Shown: in pieces, positions 9,324 through 16,287 of the stretch
How the letters are laid out: each line of letters begins with the position of its first letter
Position numbering within the stretch: the first letter of the stretch is position 1
Assembly: GCA_964654485.1 (NCBI GenBank)
Contig: CAZZJI010000011.1
Span: 1,256 to 65,255 of the forward strand
Reading direction: 5' to 3'
From: an uncultured Gammaproteobacteria bacterium
Lineage (GTDB): Bacteria; Pseudomonadota; Gammaproteobacteria; SG8-11
Length of the DNA stretch: 64,000 nt
The notes under the pieces: generated by a model
The model's database searches: none
What the model saw: the letters and a program-made list of their open reading frames with translations, nothing else
Told to the model about the DNA's origin: nothing
Program-made: the position numbers and the translations under genes

Positions 9324-9959
9324 TCAATCAGATTGCTCATTTATTTCTTTTTTATCTTTATCCCTTTCCAGTTCTACTTTTTGTCTTTCCTGTTCACCCT
9401 GCTCACCGTACATCATTGTGTATTCTGCCATCATTTCGGTAGATTTTTTTTTCAATTCATCTAATTCTATAGTCAATTTTTCATTGTCTTCTTTTAACTT
9501 AGTATTTTCTTTGGCTAAATCCGTTACTTGCTCCGATTCTACCTCAATTTCCACATCATCTTCTTCGGTTGAAGATGGATTGCTAATACTGCCTACAGGC
9601 AAACAGCAGCTTTTAATCAATGCTTCTATGTCTTCATCAAACCCAAGCAGTGTCTCTTTTTCCTTGCCAAGGAAAATTTTTATAATTTTCCCGTAAAGCG
9701 ATTTTTCTATTGCCGTAAGCCGTTCAATATAGTTTTGGATTACCTCATCATCTAATTGATACTGTTCCTTCAGCATATCAATTCGAGCTGAATTTCTTTC
9801 GGGTTCTTTCTCTCGCAGTTTTTCAACAAATATTTTCGCCTGTGCATGATCCTTTTTTCGACGTGAAATAACCTTATATATTACCCAAGCAAAAGCCACG
9901 GCTAATACGAATGCAAGTTCTGATACCAGAATTAACGCACTGGCTACAATATCACTCAT
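9324..9959 (-). CDS. Hypothetical N-terminally anchored membrane protein with an acidic coiled-coil region
   Basis: An N-terminal TM helix (IVASALILVSELAFVLAVAFAWVIY) is followed by E/K-rich heptad-like sequence. The start overlaps the stop of the upstream vWA gene by 8 nt. Confidence 0.6.
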   Translation of the reverse strand: MSDIVASALILVSELAFVLAVAFAWVIYKVISRRKKDHAQAKIFVEKLREKEPERNSARIDMLKEQYQLDDEVIQNYIERLTAIEKSLYGKIIKIFLGKEKETLLGFDEDIEALIKSCCLPVGSISNPSSTEEDDVEIEVESEQVTDLAKENTKLKEDNEKLTIELDELKKKSTEMMAEYTMMYGEQGEQERQKVELERDKDKKEINEQSD

Positions 9960-11970
9960 AGGTCACCTCAGCTTCTTCAACCGGGGCCAATTTATCGCGC
10001 CGTTTTTTCCACAAAAAATAGGCGCCCACCCCAATCAAACCCAGCAAGGCATTTACAACTAAGGCAATGGCAACAATCAAAACCCAACGCACACCCTCCT
10101 TCTCTCCCTCTTTATCTTCCGTCTTCTCTTCCTTTTTATCTTCCGCCTTCTCTTCCTCTTTCTCTTTCTTTATTGCTTTTTTCTTTTTAATTAACTTATT
10201 GTCTTGCGGCATGACTTCCGCGGCACCGCTATCGTTTTCCATAGAATTCGACAACTCCTTTATTTCACTCTCATGATCCGACTTAATTGAAACACTCTCT
10301 TCTTTATTTTCTTTATTTTCTTCATTAAGAGCATGAGCATCTGTTTTTTCGGACTCATCAGATACTGGCTGTTCAAGTTTGCCATCTTTTCCTATATACC
10401 CAGGAATTGTTTTTTCAATTTTAAATAATATTTTATCGCGATCCTTTACCCGGGCATAATATTCAATTATTAATGTTTCACCACTGTATTTTTTTGGCAG
10501 ATCAAAAGTCCATGTACTTTTATTTACTTCATTAATTTCTATGGCTAATGTTTCTTTCTCTATTTTTGCGACAAAAGATTTTATTTCCAGGCCTTTCAAT
10601 CGCAATTGATTCACCAAAGAAACTTGATAAACCTGCCCCTTTGCTGCATCCACTTGCGCGATCTCTGCACTTATTGGATCATTATGCACAGTAACAGCAA
10701 AAAACGCTTCTCGTTTAAATGTTGGGCCTTCAGCAATAATCGATATTTGATGCTTCCCTTTGAGCATATTTTTTAGTTTGGCATTATATTCACCATCACC
10801 TGTTTTTTGATCCGTATTCTCCCCATCATCCACTAAGGGTTCAAGTTGAAGCTCATCAGGCGATCCATCGGATGGCTTTGTATGTCTATAATTGAAATCT
10901 ATATGTTGAAGTAGTTTCTTATCATCAATAATTTCATTTTTTTGAATTAATTTGGCGCTTAGTAAAACTTCTTCGCCTTGTAATATATGATTTTCAATTT
11001 TTCTTGTCGACAGTTTTAAATTTGTCACCACCATAACCCGGTTGTCTGGGTCAATTTTCGAATTCATTCTCCAGGCACCCTCTTCCGGGTCATTGATTGT
11101 AATAAGATCGAAACCCTTTTCATGATGCCATTTCACATTTTTTGGGTGCTCGTTATTGCTAAATGATTTACCACCCGGAGTTAAAATACGTGTTTCCTTA
11201 TCTTTATCAGCGCGAAAAACAAGTAATGTCATGTCCTCAATACTTTTGTCTACGCCAAAGACATTATCGGTTAAAGGGAGTGTATCCGTCTGTGATGATT
11301 TTTCAAATAAGCGCAAAAATACACGTTGTAAATTGTTGGTGTCTTCCACTTTTTCATACCAGCCATCTGTTGAAACAGAAATCGTTTTCATTAACTCATG
11401 ATCGGCGTCTGACGACAGGGCAACGGTATGTACAGTGACGTCCGCATTTTTCAAGCGCGGTAAAATGGTTTTTATAATCCGCTCTCTGGATAATTTATTC
11501 AGCGTATTATCGTTCGAAACATCCACCATCCCATCACTAAGAAGAATAATAGTACGTTGAACTTTTGAATCGGGCTTGTTCCAATCAAAGGTGGACAGTC
11601 GTAATGCCTCTTCAATATTAGTAAACAAACCCAACGAATGAATATTGTCGGCTTCCTTTCGCGCTTTTTCGCGCCAGGACGAATTAACAATACCAAGTGG
11701 CACTGCCATGTTGACAAATTTTCCAAAGGTCCAGATACCTGAAGTTGCTGTTTCAGGCAATATACCCACTAACAAGCGTAACGCTGCCGAACGTAAATTA
11801 TCAGGATCTGTTCGCTTCATGCTTCCGGAAACATCAATCAGTACGCGCAAGTCTACCTTCGATTCTGCAGGAGAATCTGCGCTAAAAACCGGACCATTGG
11901 CAATCACCATCAAGAAGAAAAATAACAAACTCTTTGCCAAACAGGACCCTTTTATATAGAGCCTACTCAT
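9952..11970 (-). CDS. Secreted, membrane-anchored von Willebrand factor A (vWA) domain protein
   Basis: It has a signal peptide, the MIDAS motif DVSGSM near the N-terminus, a long beta-rich middle region, a K/E-rich low-complexity segment and a C-terminal TM helix followed by KKRRDK. Confidence 0.8.
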   Translation of the reverse strand: MSRLYIKGSCLAKSLLFFFLMVIANGPVFSADSPAESKVDLRVLIDVSGSMKRTDPDNLRSAALRLLVGILPETATSGIWTFGKFVNMAVPLGIVNSSWREKARKEADNIHSLGLFTNIEEALRLSTFDWNKPDSKVQRTIILLSDGMVDVSNDNTLNKLSRERIIKTILPRLKNADVTVHTVALSSDADHELMKTISVSTDGWYEKVEDTNNLQRVFLRLFEKSSQTDTLPLTDNVFGVDKSIEDMTLLVFRADKDKETRILTPGGKSFSNNEHPKNVKWHHEKGFDLITINDPEEGAWRMNSKIDPDNRVMVVTNLKLSTRKIENHILQGEEVLLSAKLIQKNEIIDDKKLLQHIDFNYRHTKPSDGSPDELQLEPLVDDGENTDQKTGDGEYNAKLKNMLKGKHQISIIAEGPTFKREAFFAVTVHNDPISAEIAQVDAAKGQVYQVSLVNQLRLKGLEIKSFVAKIEKETLAIEINEVNKSTWTFDLPKKYSGETLIIEYYARVKDRDKILFKIEKTIPGYIGKDGKLEQPVSDESEKTDAHALNEENKENKEESVSIKSDHESEIKELSNSMENDSGAAEVMPQDNKLIKKKKAIKKEKEEEKAEDKKEEKTEDKEGEKEGVRWVLIVAIALVVNALLGLIGVGAYFLWKKRRDKLAPVEEAEVTYE

Positions 11971-12066
11971 AACAATTCCTTTAAAGGGATTCTTATGAAA
12001 CTAACGGCAAGTTCTTAGAAATATTTAGATTTTTAGAATCAGACTCTTGTTATAACCGGAGATTTG

Positions 12067-12564
12067 TTAAAATCTACCGCCGCCTACATAACGTTGACGC
12101 CAATAAGGATCGCCCAGTTTAGAGACCATGACTTTTTTACCAGAAGAGGGGGCATGAATAAAACGATCACTGCCCGCGTAGATACCAACATGCGACGTTT
12201 TGCTGCCGGCCAAATTAAAAAACACCAAATCACCTACATATAAATTCGATCTCTTAATACGCTTTGTATTGTTATAAAGTGACAATGCAGTGCGTGGTAC
12301 ATTCATCCCCGCCTTTTTATAGGAATAAAAAATCAAGCCACTGCAATCGAAACCTTTAAGCGTGGAACCGCCATAACGATAAGGTGTACCTATCACATTC
12401 TGCGCAATGCGCGCCGCATCCTGACCCAGGTTTTTACTATAAACCTTGCCAGCAGTTGGCTTGCCCTTGGTATGCCCCGCCGTGCGCTCAGGTGAATTAC
12501 CGCAACCAATAAAAATAATGGTCGTCGCCAGAATTAAACAGACAGAACGTATTGTCCTCATCAT
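12067..12564 (-). CDS. NlpC/P60 (C40) family peptidoglycan endopeptidase lipoprotein
   Basis: A lipobox is present (IFIGC). The catalytic Cys context GFDCSGLIFYSY and the downstream HVGIY motif are both visible. Confidence 0.85.
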   Translation of the reverse strand: MMRTIRSVCLILATTIIFIGCGNSPERTAGHTKGKPTAGKVYSKNLGQDAARIAQNVIGTPYRYGGSTLKGFDCSGLIFYSYKKAGMNVPRTALSLYNNTKRIKRSNLYVGDLVFFNLAGSKTSHVGIYAGSDRFIHAPSSGKKVMVSKLGDPYWRQRYVGGGRF

Positions 12565-12843
12565 CCACCTTGCTGGTTTTTTAACAGTATTTATTATTAT
12601 GCTTGATATCTCCTACTTTATGTCGGCTAAAAAGAATTTTTTTACAGTAAAATAAAACCACTTTTGGTGCGTCATGCCCCTAAAACATTAATTAAATACA
12701 ACAAGTTAAGACAACAATATTTTAAAATACGCAGGCCAATCAATATATCGTTATTGTATAATAATATCTATTTATAGTATTTCACATTATAATAAATATT
12801 GGATATTGTATGTTCACCCCCTTAAGTAAGACCCCTACCCACT

Positions 12844-12870
12844 AACCGCCTTAACCGGCGGTTTTTTTTT
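12844..12870 (+). terminator. Intrinsic terminator-like hairpin plus T9 run (copy 1)
   Basis: AACCGCC-ttaacc-GGCGGTT is followed by TTTTTTT (9 consecutive T counting the stem end). It is preceded by the conserved box CCCCCTTAAGTAAGACCCCTAC. Confidence 0.6.
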
Positions 12871-13016
12871 GCACATGGATGTGCTTATGTCTCGAGAGCA
12901 CATGGACGTGCGAAGAGACTTTGCACAGGGGATGTGCTTATGCCGTGAAGCCCATGGACGGACGAGAACGGCTTTGCACATGGATGTGCTTATGTCTCGA
13001 GAGCACAAAGACGTAA
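12871..13016 (+). repeat. Tandem array 1 of about 26-nt sub-units. Five GGA-loop hairpins with CsrA/RsmA-site character. Candidate regulatory RNA.
   Basis: Hairpins lie at 12871-84, 12898-911, 12923-37, 12950-63 and 12976-89 (GCAC-AUGGAU-GUGC type). The units alternate X-Y-X, each about 52 nt. The last sub-unit is degenerate. Confidence 0.85.
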
Positions 13017-13130
13017 CCCAACCATTATACAAAAATAAAATAATAATATAGATTTTAATTATTTTCCATTATATAAAAATCCCGATATAGTTTACCTACC
13101 CCCTTAAGTAATACCTCTACACCCCACTTT

Positions 13131-13160
13131 AAGCCGCCACCCCCAAGGCGGCTTTTTTTT
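13131..13160 (+). terminator. Intrinsic terminator-like hairpin plus T8 run (copy 2)
   Basis: AAGCCGCC-acccccaa-GGCGGCTT runs into TTTTTTTT. It is preceded by the box CCCCCTTAAGTAATACCTCTAC, homologous to copy 1. Confidence 0.6.
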
Positions 13161-13355
13161 GCACAGGGATGTGCTTATGTCTCGAGAGCACACGGACGTG
13201 CGAAGAGACTTTGCACAGGGATTGTGCTTATGCCGTGAAGCCCATGGACGGGCGAGAACGGCTTTGCACAGGGATTGTGCTTATGTCTCGAGAGCACATG
13301 GACGTGCGAAGAGACTTTGCTCAGAAATTGTGCTTATGCCACGAGCCCACAACCA
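13161..13355 (+). repeat. Tandem array 2 of about 26-nt sub-units. Six GGA-loop hairpins with CsrA/RsmA-site character. Candidate regulatory RNA or leader.
   Basis: Hairpins lie at 13161-74, 13188-201, 13213-27, 13240-53, 13266-80 and 13294-307. The units alternate X-Y-X-Y(degenerate). The array ends about 30 nt before the ATG at 13384. Confidence 0.85.
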
Positions 13356-13383
13356 CCCCAAAATACGTTACAATCCACAAACA

Positions 13384-15195
13384 ATGTATGACCTCTTCAA
13401 AACAACTAAACTTCTTCTACTCACCGTTTTGCTCATCCCACTCTATTCCCATGCCAAAATAATCAACATCCCTAATGATTTCTCAACAATTCAACAAGGG
13501 ATTGATGAAGCAACCGACGGAGATGAAATTGAGATTGAACCAGGCACATACAAAGAAAACCTGACCCTAAAAAGCAACATCGCACTACACGGTCTGGAAA
13601 CAGCCCGAACCATCATCGACGCACCCAACAGTAGCCCGGCGATAAGTATCAATAACTACACCAATGTCACTATTCAAAATCTCACGTTCACCAGTTCAAC
13701 AATCGGCATCCAGATAACCAACAGCACTAGCAACATTATTATTACCAACAACGTGTTTGCGCTGGGAACCCGTGCCACGCCCAATGGCACTGCGATCGAC
13801 GTAACTGACGATATCTCTGATGTCAGTATCTTTTTTAATACCTTTTACGGCAACGATATCGCAATAGACCGTAATTCTAATTTATCTATTGAAAACAATA
13901 TTTTTTCAGACAACACGACAGACATCGAAAGCGGCCTTGAAACCAATATTCATTTCAATTGCTTCGATTCTGCCAAAACGGCAGACAGTAACTTCGGCAG
14001 TAGCTTCGTTGATAACGCAAATATTTCATTTGCTGATGTAGGATTAAAGGATTTTCACTTGCAAGCGCAAGCGGACCCGAACCCGGATCCGGATCCGGAC
14101 CGATCCTGCATTGATCTTAGCAATGCAAGTGGCAAAACTGACATCATCGACAGCACTGTCGCTGACGCCGGCGCCTACGGCGGCGACAACGCAGACCCAC
14201 TTCCGTACCCACCACAAAATATATTATTGACGCTCGGTGGCACAACCCTCGAACCAGAAATCAAAGTTGAGTGGAACGATAACCTGTCCTACCTAATCGG
14301 TGGCTACAAGGTATTTTATGACTCTGATAAGTCTGGTCCACCCTACGATGGCAAAACCAATACCGGAGTCGCCACAGAAAATTCACCAACAGATGTTGCA
14401 CTACCACTGCTGGAGATAGAAAAGGTATTAAAAGATTTAATTGTACCCGCACCCACGATAACGCCGTCTGTTATAAGCGTCTCTCCCAGTTCACAAACGT
14501 TGGATATAAGCTGGACTGCGAACCCGAATGTAACGAGTTATACATTAAATTACGGCATTACCAGTGTAACTGAAAATACGGAGACAGAGATAACAGGAAC
14601 CAATTTTACTATTACAGGTTTAACGAATAATACCGCTTATCAAATCATGGTAACGTCACACTCTCAACCAAAGTTCTATATTGCGGTTAAAACTTACGAC
14701 AATACAACAACGGCGACCGAAAGTAACTTTTCGTTAGAAAAATCCATCAACGTAGGCACCCAAACTGATACACCATCAAGTGTCGTCACCTCAATACCGG
14801 AAGAAGTGGTGGCTTTTCCAAATTTACCGGGCGAAGGCTGCTTTATTGCGACCGCGGCGTTCGGCTATTACTCAGCACCGCAAGTGCAGATATTACGTGA
14901 CTTCCGCGATCAATTCTTACTTAACAACCCGGCAGGTAAAATATTTGTTGATTGGTACTACCGCAATGGCCCCGTCGCCGCACAATATTTACATCGTTAC
15001 CCGGAAATGAAACCTATTGTCAGGGCATTACTATTTCCACTTATTTATTTCGCTAAGTTCTTACTCAACACGGCTATTGCCACACAATTACTGGTCACGT
15101 CGTTATTGATGATTTTAATTATTATTTTCATGCATTCTCAAATTAAAAGCCGAATTAAAAACCGAAGAAGAAATCGCAATGTACATTACAGCTAA
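13384..15195 (+). CDS. Secreted right-handed beta-helix (PbH1) repeat protein with FN3-like domains and a C-terminal Cys-motif and TM module
   Basis: The signal peptide MYDLFKTTKLLLLTVLLIPLYSHA starts at the ATG at 13384. The track's TTG at 13159 reads through the repeats and is rejected. Repeated NxTIxNxxF turns are present (NVTIQNLTF, NIIITNNVF, NLSIENNIF). There is a PNPDPDPD linker and FN3-like segments (…LDISWTANPNVTSYTLNYG…TNNTAYQIMV). The C-terminus reads GEGCFIATAAFGYYSAPQVQILRDFRDQFLL, followed by hydrophobic helices and a basic tail. Confidence 0.8.
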   Translation: MYDLFKTTKLLLLTVLLIPLYSHAKIINIPNDFSTIQQGIDEATDGDEIEIEPGTYKENLTLKSNIALHGLETARTIIDAPNSSPAISINNYTNVTIQNLTFTSSTIGIQITNSTSNIIITNNVFALGTRATPNGTAIDVTDDISDVSIFFNTFYGNDIAIDRNSNLSIENNIFSDNTTDIESGLETNIHFNCFDSAKTADSNFGSSFVDNANISFADVGLKDFHLQAQADPNPDPDPDRSCIDLSNASGKTDIIDSTVADAGAYGGDNADPLPYPPQNILLTLGGTTLEPEIKVEWNDNLSYLIGGYKVFYDSDKSGPPYDGKTNTGVATENSPTDVALPLLEIEKVLKDLIVPAPTITPSVISVSPSSQTLDISWTANPNVTSYTLNYGITSVTENTETEITGTNFTITGLTNNTAYQIMVTSHSQPKFYIAVKTYDNTTTATESNFSLEKSINVGTQTDTPSSVVTSIPEEVVAFPNLPGEGCFIATAAFGYYSAPQVQILRDFRDQFLLNNPAGKIFVDWYYRNGPVAAQYLHRYPEMKPIVRALLFPLIYFAKFLLNTAIATQLLVTSLLMILIIIFMHSQIKSRIKNRRRNRNVHYS

Positions 15196-15856
15196 TAAAT
15201 TAGTCCAGCTCGTCACGCTGATTCTGATATCGGTTTTACAGATAAGCTCCGCCTATGCCAAATCGGCAGACAAAAAAAACGCGATAGCAGAAAAACCAAG
15301 CTGGACACTTGAATTCAAGATCGGGCGCTTTGAGCCAGATATTGATAACTGGGAAACATTTTATGGAAATGATTATACGCATGATTTAGCAGGGGCGTTC
15401 TCATATAAACTGTTAGAGCAGATTGAATTTGGCCTACAAGGTGGCTGGATCAGAGACCGGGGACAAGGCTTTTTACCCAGCAATAATATTGCCGGAGGCA
15501 GAGTAAAATATCAGTTGTTTCCTCTGAATGCATTTGTATTATTCCGCGGGATATATACGCCCAATCAATGGTTCGTGCCGTATATCGGTGGCGGTTTCTC
15601 AAGGACTTATTACAAAATAAATATCGAAAATCAAAGTAGCATTGATGGCGCTGAAAATGGCACACACTATCGCGCTGGTATTCAGTTTTTATTGAACAAT
15701 ATTAATAAAAAAGGCACGCGTAATTTAAGAAAGTCGTATGGCATAATCAATACGTATTTTTTTATTGAAGTCCAGGAACTGAAAGCAGAAGTTGGCTCAT
15801 TAAACCTCGATATTGGCGGAAGAAGCACGATGATGGGTATTTTACTGGAATACTAG
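15179..15856 (+). CDS. Small outer-membrane beta-barrel protein (family unassigned)
   Basis: It has a signal peptide (…ISSAYA/KS) and alternating amphipathic beta-strand pattern with G/Y-rich strands. The C-terminus ends in an aromatic residue (…GILLEY). The start overlaps the upstream gene by 17 nt. Confidence 0.65.
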   Translation: MYITANKLVQLVTLILISVLQISSAYAKSADKKNAIAEKPSWTLEFKIGRFEPDIDNWETFYGNDYTHDLAGAFSYKLLEQIEFGLQGGWIRDRGQGFLPSNNIAGGRVKYQLFPLNAFVLFRGIYTPNQWFVPYIGGGFSRTYYKINIENQSSIDGAENGTHYRAGIQFLLNNINKKGTRNLRKSYGIINTYFFIEVQELKAEVGSLNLDIGGRSTMMGILLEY

Positions 15857-16287
15857 TGTAATGTCCTATACTAGACCCAACGATCAGTCTAGCGTTCCAA
15901 ATAGTTCCGTATCGCGTAAATCTGCATCATCTAGTAAAGTATTATACAAATCAGCACTCCGTCAAGTGAGTACTGGCCTGCCGATGCATTTTTCACTTTC
16001 TACATATCGGCATTATATCGCTTAATCCTGCAATTCATCTACTATCGAAATGTGTTCTGTCTCCTAAGAATTAATAAAGCTAAGGATCACAATAGAAATA
16101 CCAGCAAACCCTTTGTTTTTTTAATATTTTTATAACAGGCCTGGGTATTTTTGCATCATCGCCTACACTTAGAGAGCGACGTTATTTTGCAAAGTACGTC
16201 ATTAACGTTATGTTATATAATATTGGCCAGCAAAAAGCGGTGTTCGAACGGGGATGAAACAAAAACTCACCTTAAGCTGAATACACA

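Noticed and set aside
10090-10200. A polypyrimidine/polypurine tract of about 110 nt (cttctcttcc…) that could form H-DNA.
   Set aside because: It is fully explained as the coding sequence for the K/E-rich low-complexity spacer of the vWA protein. No mirror-repeat symmetry was evident.
12857-12876. A sigma-54-like GG…GC element formed by the terminator stem, the T-run and the start of each array (GGCGGTTTTTTTTTGCAC; also 13147-13166).
   Set aside because: The GG-to-GC spacing is 11 or 14 nt rather than the strict 12, and the intervening sequence is a pure T-run. It is more simply explained as a terminator.
12871-13355. A possible CRISPR array, because of the regular short repeats.
   Set aside because: The units are contiguous, with no unique spacers between them. 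The period is about 26/52 nt, two alternating variants are present, and no cas genes occur in the window.
13159-13383. The ORF track extends the beta-helix protein 75 codons upstream, with a TTG start inside the terminator T-run. This reads through array 2 as 'MHRDVLMSREHTDVRRDFAQG…'.
   Set aside because: The start lies in a T8 tract with no SD. The translated repeat is an artefact of periodic DNA. A canonical signal peptide begins at the ATG at 13384.
12835-13462. Three ORFs inside the repeat arrays: 12835-13032 (-), 12869-13051 (+) and 13169-13462 (+). Their peptides are repetitive (…HMDVLMSREH…).
   Set aside because: They are open only because the roughly 52-nt units lack stops in several frames. 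They overlap each other, have no SD, and the nucleotide-level hairpin covariation explains the conservation better.
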